DNA of 64,000 nt from the human T2T-CHM13v2.0 reference genome, Homo sapiens. The stretch is taken from NCBI RefSeq assembly GCF_009914755.1, contig NC_060934.1. The stretch is one strand, 5' to 3'. Positions within the stretch are counted from its first letter, which is position 1. The number at the start of each line of letters is the position of its first letter. Shown piece after piece: positions 39,121 through 53,349 of the stretch. Made by a program: the position numbers and the translations under genes. The notes under the pieces were generated by a model. That model ran no database searches. It saw only the letters and a list, made by a program, of their open reading frames with translations, and was not told where the DNA came from.

Positions 39121-40918
39121 AAAAGTTAACTCAAAATGGATAAAAACCTAGACACCTAAAGCTACAAAATCCTTGGAAGAAAACATGAGGAAAAAGCTTC
39201 ATGATATTGCATTTGACAGAGATTTCTTGAATATGACACGAAAAGCACAGGCAATAAAAGTAGACAAATTGGACTTCATCGACGTTTAATTGCATCAAAG
39301 GACACAATCAATGGAGTGAAAAAACAACATAGAGAATGGAAGAAAATATTTACAAATCACATATCTACTAAGGGGCTAATGTTTACAATATATAAAGAAC
39401 TCCTATGTTTCAACAAGAAAAAAAGTCAAATAATACGATCAAAAAATGGGTAAAGTACTTGAACAGACCTTTCTTCAAAGATGATATACAAATGGATAAT
39501 TAGTAAATAAAAAATGCTCACATTACTAATCATTATAAAAATGCAATTCAAATGCAAGGTGTCACTTCACACCCATTTGGATGACTATTACACCAAACAA
39601 AAAAAACAGAAAATAAGTGTTGGCAAGAATGTGGAGAAATAGGAACCCTTTTGCATTGTTGGTGGGGATGTAAAATTGTGCAGCTGTTATGGAAAACAGT
39701 ATGCTGATTCTTCAAAATTTAAAAACAGAATCACCATATGATCCAGCAAATCCACTTCTGAGTACATACCCAAAATAATTGAAAACAGGGACTTGAAGAG
39801 ATACTTGCACGCTCATGTTCACAGAAGCATGATTCACAGTAGCCAAAAGGTGGAAGTAAGCCAAGCATCCATCAAGAGTAGAACGGATAAAGAAAGTGTG
39901 GCCTGTACACACAATGGAATGTGACTCAGCCCTATACAGGAAGGACATTCTGATACGTGCAAGTGTGAACATGAAGGGCATTATGTTAAGTGTAGCAAGC
40001 CAATTACAAAAAGACAAAATATGGTATGAACCCACTTATATGAAGTATCTAAAGTAGTCAGATTCATAGAAACAGTAGAATGGTGTTGCCAGGGATGAGG
40101 TAAGGAGAAGTAGGAAGTTGTTCTTTAATGAGAACAACTATATAGAGAACAACTATATTGTTTAATGAGAACAACTGAAACAATATAGAGTTTCAGTTTT
40201 ACACAACGGAAAGGTTTCTAGAGATTGGTTGCACAGCAGTGTGATTAAACTTAATCCTACTAAACTGTACACTTAGAATGGTTAAGAGAGTAGTTTTATA
40301 TGTTTTTTATCACAATTAAAAAAACGAAATGATAAGAAAACAAATGATGCCATTAAGACATGGATAATGTTCTGAGCAGAAACCACCCCACCAAAGAAGA
40401 TACACAGATAACAAATTAGCATATAAAATATGTTCAACGTCATTTGTCATTAGGGAATTGCAAATTAAAAGAAAAACGAGATACCTCTGCAATGATTAGA
40501 ATGGAAAAAATAAAATAACTGACAATATGGATTTCTGATGAGAAGATGGAGTGAGAACTCTCATTCATTGCTGGTGGAAATGCAAAATAATGCAACAGCT
40601 TTGAAAGACAATTGTTTGTTTTGTTCATTTCTTACAAAGGTAAGCATAGTCTTATCAAAAAATCCAGCAATCACATTTCTAGGTATTTATACCATTCAGT
40701 GGAAAACTTACTTCCACATCAAAACTCTAAAAATGAATGCTTATGGCATTCATATTCATAATGGACAAAACCAGACGCAAACATGATTGTCTTCAATAGG
40801 TGAATGGATACACAAAGTACAGTATACTTCTTCGATAAAATAGTATTCTGCAGTACAAAAAAAAAAAAGAGAGAAAGAAAGAAATGAGCTACAATTCCAC
40901 AGAAGAAAAGAATTAGTC

Positions 40919-41226
40919 TTTTTTTTTTTTTTTTTTTTTTTTTGAGATGGAGTCTCGCTCTGTCACTCAGGGTGGGGTGCAGTGGCGCGATCTCGGCTCA
41001 CTGCAAGCTCCGCCTCCCAGGTTCACGCCATTCTCCTGCCTCAGCCTCCTGAGTAGCTGGGACTACAGGTGCCCGCCACCACGACCAGGTAATTTTTTTG
41101 TAGTTTTAGTAGAGATGGGGTTTCACCGTGTTAGCTAGGATGGTCTCGATTTTCTGACCTTGTGATCCTCCCACTTCGGCCTCCCAAAGTGCTGGGATTA
41201 CAGGCGTGAGCCACCGTGCCCGGCCC
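40919..41226 (-). mobile_element. AluY SINE
   Basis: gcaagctccgcctcc, ttcacgccattctcc; TSD agaattagtctt 40909-40920 and 41227-41238. Confidence 0.95.
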
Positions 41227-42123
41227 AGAATTAGTCTTAAATCCATATTGCTAAGTTGTAAAAAAGCCAGTTTGAAAAGGCTACTTACTGTATAATTCCG
41301 AGGACATGACACTCTGGGAAAGAGAAAACTATACAGACAATATAAAATCAATGGTTTTTCAGGGCTTTGGAGAACAGAGGTAAGGACTGCACAGGGAATT
41401 TTTAGGGCAGTAAAACTATTTGGTGAGATAATGGAATGGTTAACACATAACATTATACTTTGTCAAAATCAATAGAACTTTCTAGCACAAAGAGTAAACC
41501 TTAATACATGCACATTTTAAAAATAGGAGGTTTGGGCATTCCAAGAAGGAATTCAGACTGTCATGAGAGAATCTAATTGTATTTCAAATGTATGAAACAA
41601 CATAAGTTACGGGGACATGAGAGAAAAGCATCAACCTAAGTAACAAACCTGTAAGACTAAAGCCAAAAGAACTGCGTGTAAGCACTACACTATAGTTAGT
41701 TGATAAAGTAGTTTTCCAAGGCGGTACCGGGGAATTGGTTAACAATTCTGACACTGCCATACATGTATTCTGGAATTGAAAGGTTAAGTAGATGGTGGAT
41801 GGTAGGAGGCAAGTTTCTTATTTTGGGAGTGGGAATTTAGAGAAAGACAATGGAACAAGGCTAGAATGATCCATATTGGAATGGATTAGAGTTGGAGACT
41901 ACAGGATGTGCTCATGTTTTGCTTAATTTAGATACAGATGGTTACAGATAGAAATATTTATAGATTCTGGGTATACATGGATTAATATACACACATGTAT
42001 TTTCTTGCTGTCAGCTGAGAGAGCTCATTAGAAATGGCATCCCAGTAGCAACCAAGTCCTAGCACCCAAACCCAGATTCCTAATTCTGATTCTCCAATGA
42101 AATGAACCAGTGCTCCTTATAGA

Positions 42124-42473
42124 AATGGCTAGCCCTAAAACTATACAAGATGACCCTCGAACATGTTGTACTGCCAGAAAGTAAGGAAACGTTTTATCAC
42201 ACATGCACACTCACACACATATACACACAGACACATATATTCACAGTGATGGGGAGTACATCAAAGGACCCAGAAGCCAATGGAAAGACCCCCCAATGGC
42301 TAGCCCTAAAACTATACAAGATGACCCTCGAACATGTTGTACTTCCAGAAAGTAAGGAAATGTTTTATCACGCACACACATACACACACATACACACACA
42401 GACACATACACACACAGAGTGATTGGGAGTACATCAAAGGACCCAGAAGTCAATGGAAAGACCTCCCAATGGC
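42124..42473. repeat. Tandem duplication, ~171-bp unit x2
   Basis: aatggctagccctaaaactatacaagatgaccctcgaacatg... at 42124 and 42295; aatggc at all three junctions. Confidence 0.95.
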
Positions 42474-42687
42474 CAAAGTTGAGACAATTCGAACAATAAA
42501 ATAAATCAAGTACCATTAGACTATAACCCAAAATATAAAATAAATATACAAGAGTCCACACTGATATAAGTAAGTGATTAAATAAGAAGTTTAGGAGAAG
42601 AGAATATCTCATATGCAGAAGAATTTCAAATAATTAATGTAGACACCCTTACCTTCATGTAAGGATGCAAACGTAAATCCTCACTCT

Positions 42688-42728
42688 TCAGACGAGATTG
42701 GGCGCATTCAGGGTGGTATGGCCCTAGA
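42688..42728 (-). pseudogene. 5S rRNA 5' fragment (nt ~1-42), tailless retropseudogene, copy 1
   Basis: Reverse complement tctagggccataccaccctgaatgcgcccaatctcgtctga matches the 5S 5' end GTCTACGGCCATACCACCCTGAACGCGCCCGATCTCGTCTGA. Confidence 0.92.
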
Positions 42729-42743
42729 TTAAATCATCACTCT

Positions 42744-42784
42744 TCAGAGGAGATTGGGTGCGTTCAGGGTGGTATGGCCCTGGA
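42744..42784 (-). pseudogene. 5S rRNA 5' fragment, copy 2
   Basis: gggccataccaccctgaacgcacccaatctcctctga; 56 bp from copy 1. Confidence 0.9.
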
Positions 42785-43331
42785 AGAAATCCTCACTCTT
42801 CAGGTGTGGGTTGTGCACAGTGACTTCCTTCCAAAGTGTATAGAATAGAGAAGGGGAACATCGAGTAACTTTCCAGTGAAGAAATCTGACAAACACAACC
42901 TCAGCCAGGTGATCAAGGTAAACCTGAACAATGATTTGTGATGGTAGTGGTATATAGCTTTGATGTGATAGGATGAAAGTGACAACTTTATCTTTGAGAT
43001 CTTTCTCCCAGTAACCCATATCCCAGTCTAATTATGAGAAAAGATCAAACAGATTCCGATAGAAAAACATATCACAAAATAGTTGTCCAGAACGCCTCAA
43101 AACTCTCTAAGTCATCAAATATAAGAAAAGTCTGAGAAATTGTCACAGCCCAGAAAAGCGCTAAGGAGACATGACATGTAACGTGATCTTCTGGACGGGA
43201 TCCTGGAAGAGAAAAAAACTTTAGATAAAAACTAAGGGAATCTTAATAAACTGTGAACTTTGGTTAATAACAATGTATCAATATTGGTTTGTTAATTATA
43301 ACAAATGAACCATACTGATGTAGGATGTTAG

Positions 43332-43803
43332 TATAAACCCCGAAAATTTGAGACAGGTCTCAGTTAATTTAGAAAGTTTATTTTGCCAAGGTTGAGGACA
43401 TGCACCCAGCACACAGCCTCAGGAGGTCCTGATGACATGCACCCAAGGTGGTCAGAGCACCCAGCTTGGTTTTGTACATTTTAAGGAGACATGAGACATC
43501 AATCAACATATGTAAAATGAACATTGGTTCAGTCTGGAAAGGCAGAACAACTAGAAGAAAAAGTAGGACAACTGGAAGTGGGGAGGCGGCTTCCAGATCA
43601 CAGATGGGTGAGAGACAAATAGTTGCATTCTTTTGAGTTTCTCATTAGCCTTTCCAAAAGAGGTAATCAGATATGCATTTATCTCAGTGAGCAGAGAGAT
43701 GACTTTGAAAAGAATGAGAGGCAGGTTTTCCCTAAGCAGTTCCCAGCTTGACTTTTCCCTTTAGCTTAGTGATTTGGGGACCCAAGATATTTTCCTTTTT
43801 CCA
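43332..43803 (-). mobile_element. MER4A-type ERV1 solo LTR
   Basis: gagacaggtctcagttaatttagaaagtttattttgccaaggttgaggac...; 4-bp TSD ttag 43328-43331 and 43804-43807. Confidence 0.9.
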
Positions 43804-46800
43804 TTAGTAATGGGGATAACTGTGTGCAAAGTGTTTGGAAACTCTCTGTACTATCTTCTTACTTTTTCTGTCAATCTAAAAGTATTCACAAACTTTCCAA
43901 TGAAGCTGGAAAGGAAGATAAACTCCACAGGAAGATACAGTAATTATATATGGTTCATTTTTCACATTCCAAAGCTTTCTTTTATTCACACTGTGAACAC
44001 GTGGTAGGAAATAACCTATAACTTTTGAAATCATCCAAGGCAATTCTATACTTTTTTCTCCTGAATCTGATGGGCAGGAGTTCTCATTGAGTCAAACTAA
44101 GTATTTTTAAGAAAACTTGTTACTTTAAAAACAGGTCAATTCTTAAATTCATAAAAGCTATCAAAATTTTATCTATAAATTATCCTAACCTAGCGAGAAA
44201 ATATGTAAGCTTTCTCCCTCTACAAATCTGAAACCTGCATTAATCAATCTATAAGCCTCTTGCCTCCATCTCCCCTCTTCCATTTCTTTACCTAAGTGGA
44301 CAATCTGAAAGTTTAACGTTTGAAATCTTGGCACCTAAGCTCAAAACCCCTCAGCACTACCACTAGTATACATATGCACTTGCTGACAAAATGCAAAATA
44401 GGACCACAATTATGAATCTATTGTTAACCTCAGCATCTTCTGACAGTGGCTTTCCTCTCTTTAGGGATGGCAGTTTCCCAACAGTCAGATGCAACTGTTC
44501 TACTGAGATTTTTTTCATTTATTATTTCAAATTCAAGAGCTTATGAAAATAAGTTCGTATACTGTCAGGCTCAAAACGTAAGTGAAAATTTCCCTTGTTC
44601 CCAATGTGCTTTGCTTCTAATATATTGGTCAAAAAGGATGTTTTCTTTTTATACATATGATCCCTGATTGTTGCTTTTGTTTGGGCTATGTTTTATGCAG
44701 CAGATTATGAATATGGTTTGATATATTCTATTTTGCTACGTTAATATCAGGTTTTAAAAAGAGATATATTAGTTCTGATTCTCTGTGTATACATAATGAC
44801 CAGATAAAAGCCAGTTCACTTAATGTGAAAAGTCAGGCTTTAGTTTTTTGCCATTTTGTAACTTCCTTTTAAATTGATGTCACCAGATAAAAAGTGAGCT
44901 CTACGCCCATCTCTGTAGGGACTAAAGTAAACTGTGGTTTTATATCAGATGTGTGTCACCATTTTTCTGAGAACTATATTTGGAAGACAGCCAAGTGGAT
45001 GGAAAGAAGTCCTGAGATTTAGAGGCAGGACCGCCTGGCGTTGAGTCCCAGCTCAACCATTTGCTAATTGGATATGTGTGGATGTCTTAGATCTTAGCTT
45101 CTCCAGTTACAAAGATTAAAAGAGAATGAAACTTAGTGGGCTGATCTGAGCATAAATTGAAACTGTACATATTCAGAGCATATTTCAGTGCCGGACACAT
45201 AATAGTTTTATGCCCTTTTGACTTAAATTACGTCACAAAACAATGAACAAATGTCACCTCCTTGTAATCCTCTGACTAATCTTCGCTCTTTCTCTGTGCT
45301 TTGGAGAAAGCTGAAAAAGTTTCCTGTCCCAAAACTGTAACTGGGCACTATGTCCTTCGGTCAATTCCATCCACACGTGGGGCATGGCCACTCACCCCTT
45401 GCACTCACACTCCCACCAGCTTCTCCACCTCAATTTCCCCACTCCCAGCTCTTCCCACGTGCTCCGAATCATCTCATTTATAATTAGCTAGAGGTGAAAA
45501 GGTTAATTTTTTTATTTAAAAAAACTTAATATTTTAACACATCATTGCCTTTGATATTAGTGCAGGCAGTGTACTGAAGTCACTGAATCCATAATGACCA
45601 GACTGGGGAGTGAATTTCGAATTTGATGTCCTGTCCTGTGTGCGTTTCAGTCTACCGTGTACTGATACTCCCTGCGATATGATCTGAAGTAGCAAAAGTT
45701 CTGCTTGCTTACTCAGTCCTGGAATTCTAGAAAACTATGTATGTTCTCACACATCTTTAAATTTTTCAAATATAGCCTTACAAGTTATTTTTTTCTTAAG
45801 AGATAGTATATAATGATGGATTCATAATTGGAATATCTGTGACACAATGTGTTAACTAGGTCTTAGTGTTTATTGAATCATGCACACTCAATTTGAAAGA
45901 AATTACATTAAAATTTGTTTGTTGTTTTTCTGCAATATGAAGAGAAACTGGGGGAGAAAAAACCCTGTAGCCCATGAGAGCATTTTAATTTTATTTAGAA
46001 AAATCAGTGTCACTCTACTGCTTCAGTTGTTCAAAATTCAGAATATTTAACATGTGCTTAGCTTCACTCCCATTAGGAATATTTGCAAGATGGAGGAAGA
46101 CAAAAAGACCTAGAGGATCCTGAAGCTTTTCCCCACCTAAACAGTGTCCACAGATACAACTTCTTGGGTGTTCAAAATTTTATAAGCCAGTTAAGTATGC
46201 TCTAATCACATTTGGAATGGGCGAAAGGTATGGTTTCCTTTTGAAAACAAGAAAGGTGATTGTGAACTCAATTGAACACAGATCGTGAACATTTCCAGGC
46301 AGTTTTAGAAAAGGGTATGGGCCTATTATCTAACAAGGGCATTCTGCCGCTTGTCAAGTCTGTCTCTCCTAATGGCATATGCAAAAGTGGGAAATGAAAT
46401 CCAGATACATTTGTGGACCCACTGGATACACCAGGCAACAGAGTCAGGCCAGAAACCTGTTTATTACCCAGCTCTGCTATGTCCCCACTGTGACTGCTGG
46501 ATTTCAAGGCAACTTGACTCCCTCAGGATTTGTGTCGGCTCAGAGTCAGGAGTCAGTCATCACAAATAGCCTACATCCTTTTCTGAAAGGCACAGTTTCT
46601 CTACCTGATGACTTCAGCTCCCTTTGAGAAAGGATAGAAGGAGGATTAACAGTATACATTCATGACAGCATAGCAGGTTGTTTTCCCGAGAGAACCCACT
46701 ATCCTTCCATCCTGCAGAGGGTGTCTCCAAGGTGGTGATGCTTCCCTCACCAAAATACTCCTTCATGCTTCTTTGGAAAGAATGTCCTGTGAGCTCTCCT

Positions 46801-49800
46801 AGGACACACAATGAGGAGGTGGGTGAGTCACTCACACATTATAAATCTACTCCAACATTCCTGTTTCCCTAAGCCTTTAGATTTATCCTTCTACATTATA
46901 ACAAGGAAATACGACATCTCAGCTTCCTTTGATGTAGACTAACACGGAGTCCCGGTTTCGTGAGCAAATCATGAGAGCACTTCCCAGTTGCTTAAGCTAA
47001 CATATGGAATTCAGAATCTCTCATGAGGACAACCATATTGATATATTTGGCCCTTCCAAAATTATTTTCCTTCCACCATGGACAAATACACTTATATTCC
47101 ATTTCTACTCATGTATCTTAATTTCTGCTGATACAAGCTAACCACATTTTGCAATTATTTCAGAGTATAAACTGATCCCTCTCATGTCAGACTTAGTACT
47201 CATTTCCCTTGGTTAGGTTGGACCAGAATGTACTATGGGTCTGGAGGCTGCGTGGATCTTTTGAATGTAAGCATCCCTTGCAATGTAAGGTTGTTACAGT
47301 ATCCTCAAGCTAGAAGAAGCTAGCTTCCTCAGAGAGGGGTTGAGGAGAAGTATTTGCTGGTGAGGAAGTCTTAAAGGAATTTATGGGGAGGTTCAGATAC
47401 TCAGATTCATCTGAATCCACTCAAATTTCTTCATTCCAATTCTCAGGGAATCATTCCTTTTCTATTAATGATCTAACACTCACATAAGAAATTGATAAGG
47501 GTGAGAAATCAAATTGATTCACAAAATAAAGATATTATTTTATGGTAATCATAGAATTCCCTTTCTTAGCTGCTCTTAACTGTACTGGAGGTGTTTATTT
47601 GTATTCTACCAATTCTCTAATGTAATCAAAATAGGTAGCATACTCCATAGTGCCAATAGCGATATTCCCACCATGAGTCTTTTGAAGAAGCCACTTGGTT
47701 TCCCAAAGTTTTCTATTTGACAGGCACATAATTCCAGGGACCATTTGGGGCTTAAGACTTACCAAAAAAAAAGTCCTCATTGTGGATACTATTGTAGGTT
47801 TTAGTGGATAATGAAAGTATTTTAAGTAAATGCCAGTGTTCAATTCATCATCTCTACCCAGAAGTGACATATCTCAGTATGTTGAGTTTTGTAGGCAATT
47901 TATCTTTTGGCTTAGATACTCTGCTTACAATCAGAATTTTACCACCAGGAAGTGAGGCTTTGGCTTTGAAGAGGCACAATGTAAAGTGTTTGACTAAGTG
48001 TGAATATCAGAGAAAGCCCAAATTTCTTGTATACTGATTATAATGCATTAATTAAAATGTGCTGTCATTTAAAAAGCAAAGTCACAGTTGCTGAGCAGAA
48101 AATGGGAGGTTAAGCAATACAATTTGTGTCTTTATTACCATCCTCAAGGATCATCAAAGACTTCCTTATGATGTTCTTGAAGGCTCTGAGCTTGCTGACT
48201 GTGTACCCTTTGTCTTACTCTACCAGGTTCATTCTTTTTCTGACCAATTTAAGGCTTCAAAAGATTATAAACAGTGCATTTCAGGAGAAAAAAAGACATT
48301 ACCATTACTTTGCATCCTTGGCATTTCTAGTTATCTCTGGAGTCATTCTGTGTTTCTATTTAGCAAGGGATGTATGTTCAGTTTCCTGCTTCTTGTACCC
48401 TTCTCTTGTATTCCATATCTGCTTTCTTTCCATTCCCTGATGAGAAAAAAAAGTCGTTGCATCCCTTGTTTCCAGCTGAAAAGTAGAAAAATATACAACT
48501 GTGCCTGTAGACTTGATTTCCTCTTGGTGATCTACTGCAATCAGGAGAGAATTCTTTTGGTAAACAAGTCTTCTAAGGAGGCCGCTCTTGATAACACATA
48601 ATTCTCATCAATGTCCCTTTTACATAGATTACTGAAGAAAATATAACATGCAGTCTACTATCTCCAAATAGTTTTATGCTATCAACCAGGTTTCTTGCCA
48701 AAAGACAACACCAATTTACTCCCTTGGATTTTTTAAAGCAATTAAAAATAAAAGAGCATATAAACAAGTTTTAAAATTGCTTTATTACAAATGAAAAATA
48801 TGCAAAGCATTGAGGTCAGATTATATAAAGGAAAAGATGGAACAGATTTGCTGTATATAAGCATTATTACTAGAGTATCCTCTGGAATTATAAGGAACAG
48901 TTTCTAAGGTCTCATGATCTAAAGTATGATGGTTCAATCAAAACTTATGTAATCTAGTCTTAGAGATGAAATCATAAAGCTTCCTGGGTATATTCATAAA
49001 CACAGAGTCCTCAGAAACAAGATGTTGAAAATGAATCAAAAATAAATATCCCCATTAGTTAATTTTTCACTGCCACCTGCCAGACCTTCATTATCTCTTA
49101 GAATACCTTACAATGTGTGGTTTCAATGAGCTGAGAATTTCAATTTTTTCCTACATATTTTCTGGGTTTAATTAGCATTCAGTACAGTCCTTAACATGTT
49201 GAAGACTGGTATGGTAACGGGAAATATGCTAACTCCTTCCAAATCCAGGGACATAAAAGTGTCTTTAAACACATTTAAATAAAATTTAAATACTTTAAAA
49301 ATTGCAACCCGAAGTGTGTGTTTTTAAGAGCCGTGAGTAATTTAAGAGGCTCACTGTGGCTTTGTCTTGAACAGATGCCTGAAAGAGAATACATCTAATG
49401 GTGAAACAGTGGATGATGAAATTATGTATGTACTTATAGTACTTACGTTTTTCACTAGCTGTTTATATAACTGCTTTTTCACTTTGGGATATTTTTCACG
49501 GTGTAGGTTGTGATTTTATCTGTTTGCTTTTCCCTTTTTGGGTACAATGGGTTATTTAGCATCATTTTCAAAAAATCAGTTGAGGTTGCTCATTTAAACA
49601 GCATTTTCTAGTTGCAGTATTTGTTCAACTTGTTCTCTATAATAGCTCTTCCTGTAAAGCAAAGAAAGGAAATAATTTGGGGTTTGGGTATAGGAAAGGG
49701 AATCTTGTGATATGAATGGGTATGGAACAAACCAAGTGAAATTTAAATATATTAGATGGGTTTCCCCAGAGATTCTTGCTTGGCCTTTTTGTGGGGGGTG

Positions 49801-51077
49801 GGGGGTGGGGAAATGTATCAAAGAATTAATAATATTCAGTAATACTAATAGAGACCAAAATGTATTATAATCTTTCACTTTGAAAGTAAAAGTACTATCC
49901 CCAGTGCTTTATATACATTTATATACATAATTATATTTAATCCTCATGGATTAAACACTTATAAAATAAGTGTTACTGTTCTCTTTTTACAGATGAAGAA
50001 ACTGGGGTACAGAGAGGCTAAAGAGATTTTTCATAATCACATGGTCAGAGTGTGGAAGATTCAAGAAAGTGGTTATTTCTGTATGACTGAAAACCTTATG
50101 CAATTCATGATGCTCAGAGCAGTGAGCAGTAGAAATAAGATTTAGTGTAATATTTTGCAAGGGCTGAAGGTAGAGAAGGAAACAAAGGTGAAAATATTAA
50201 CAGAAGCAATAACAATAAAAATAACCACTAGAATATTGCCATTTAGGACAGTTATGGGCCAAGAATCAAATAGGGACTTTACATAAAGTATATTTATCTT
50301 CCTAACCATCCTAAGGAATGGTATTATTATGCCATTCTAAGACCTCACAATTAAAGTCAGGAAAATTAGGTATCTCTATTAAAGTCATACAACTAGTACG
50401 TTTCAAATACAGGAGTCCAGCTGTGCTCCAAAATCTATACTTAATCTTCTGCCCCATTGTCAGCTATACTTCTGTACTTGTGATTTTTATCTTAGAAAAT
50501 TATCCGCATGGAATATTTTTTTTAAATCCTCATTTAACATGACATTTATATAACACAATCATTGGAGGTATCATTATACCTACAGACCTATTTATTTCAT
50601 TCTTTGCAGTTAAAAAAAAAAAAGGCTTTTTGAAAATAGTGAAGAAAGGCTGGCCACAGGTGTGGAAACCTTCCATATAAGCCAAAAATCTCTTAATAGG
50701 ATACTCATTGGACAAGGACAGAAACTATTATATTACCTGACCAAAATTCTGGGACTTCTGGTAATGCTACCAGAAAATAGAACAAAAGAAATGTGAAGTT
50801 ACCCTTAGGGGCCCCATCAGAAATCAGGATTCAATATGAAGAGTAGCATGAAGCCTAAACTATCTGATAGTCACCTAGAAATACTGGTGCTACAAAGGGT
50901 CAGAATCTGAATCAAGAAGAGTCAGACTGTTTTTCTAAAGCTTTCTTAGAGGTCTGAAGAAGAGAATCCTTGAACTGTAATGTTAAATGTTTGGATGAAA
51001 ATTTCTTAGGTTGCATCTGTGAAGATTTTCATTTTGGTTCACAGAAAAAAAAGGTATGTATTTGTGTGTACACACAC

Positions 51078-51455
51078 TGTATTAGCCTTCTCAGGATGCC
51101 ATGACAAAATATTATAGACTATAGGGCTTAAACAACATAAATGTATTTCTCACATATCTGAAGGCCAGACATCCAAGGTCAGGGTGCAGAGTGGTTGGGT
51201 TCTGAAGAGGGCTTTCTTCCTGGCTTGTAGATGACCGCCTTCTTCCTAGTGTGTGCTCACAGGCTCAGATAGGGAAGGTGAGGTCTATGCTGACTCTTCT
51301 TATAAGGACACAAATCCCTTCAGGCTGGGGTCCTGACCTGGTGACCTTGTTTAATCCTAATCACTTCCCAAAGACCCCATCTCCAAATACCATCACATGG
51401 TGGGGTAGGAGTTTAACATATGTATTTTGGGTGGGCACAAACATTCAGTATACAC
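51078..51455 (-). mobile_element. MLT1A/MLT1B MaLR LTR
   Basis: tgtattagc...ggcttaaacaacataaatgtatttctcac...ccatctccaaataccatcac...aacattcag. Confidence 0.85.
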
Positions 51456-52616
51456 ACACACACATACATATACACATGTGTTGTTAGATAAAGCTTGATA
51501 GAGGTGTATATGTATATATATAAAACATATATATAATACATAATAATTATATATTGTCCTAGTTATATATGCAAAAATAGCTTTAGAATCAGATATAAAA
51601 ATAGAAGTGATGTCACCTCCTTTTACTCTTTACTTATATATAGCACATGACTGTTTTCGAAACAGCTGGCAGAAGTGTTACTTTTTCTTCTTTGTGTGAA
51701 ATCAGTCAGTTGTTCCTAATCAGCATTACAGACAGGCTGACAGCAGAAACACCCCAAACTGAACCTCTTGTGTCGCTTCAGGGGAGACAGAGCATACCAG
51801 ACAGATTTGTCTTAAGCTTTGACATCTACTGGACACTGTTGCAGCAACCCTTTCTAAAATTAAGTCACAATGTACTTATTCAAAAAGGTATTACATAGTA
51901 ATTTTGCTCCCAGCAAGCTTCTATGGAAATATTATTGATATGTAAAAATGTGTATCTCTGAGTATGTTCCCTCTATTGTTATTTACATTAGTGAAACATT
52001 TGAGGTGTCACATTGTAGGGAATGTTTAAACCATGGAGTAGCCATATTTCAAAAAAATGTTAGGGAGTCATAAAAGCAATAATTTTATTTAAACACACAA
52101 GAGAATAGAAATAGAAAAACATCAGAGGATGAGATCAGAAAAAGAAGCTAAACTGAACACAGGCATCTTACTTCCCCTCCCACCAGAAATTCAGTTTAAT
52201 GTCAGGTTAATCTTAGAAAAGAATCTCATAACTTCACTGGCAACCAAGGGAAGATATCAGTGGAAAAAAATTTCTGAGAACTTCCTAAGAAGTAGAAATG
52301 AAATGAGATCAGAATCACAGAGAAGAAAAAAGGAAGAAAACCAAAATCCAAAACTCATTCAGGAAGAACACTTGGTGGATTAAGAGCCATTTCAGGGAAG
52401 CTCAAAGCTCAGATCTAGAGCAGGGACAGGAGGGAGGCATGTGGAAATGAAAAGGAGAAATGCCGTTGGACAATAAGCTATTGATTTATCCAACCTCGAC
52501 ATATTTGGACTGATCATGGGGCAATGCCAGTGTGTCCACACATGACCAAGGACAAAAGGACAAGCTGTGCTCTGAGATCCCTCAGGAGTCCGATAAGGAA
52601 GAGAAGCCATTAAGTC

Positions 52617-53307
<691 letters not shown>

Positions 53308-53349
53308 AAGCCCAACACAGGCCTTTCACCCCCATCACCATATACAGGC

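Noticed and set aside
42675-42803. CRISPR-like repeat-spacer array (17-bp repeats, 39-bp spacers)
   Set aside because: The spacers are homologous 5S rRNA copies, the repeats are target-site duplications, the DNA is primate and there are no cas genes
46600-46640. Hammerhead-like CTGATGA...GAAA
   Set aside because: Stem II does not pair and stems I/III are not evident; the same holds at 48437
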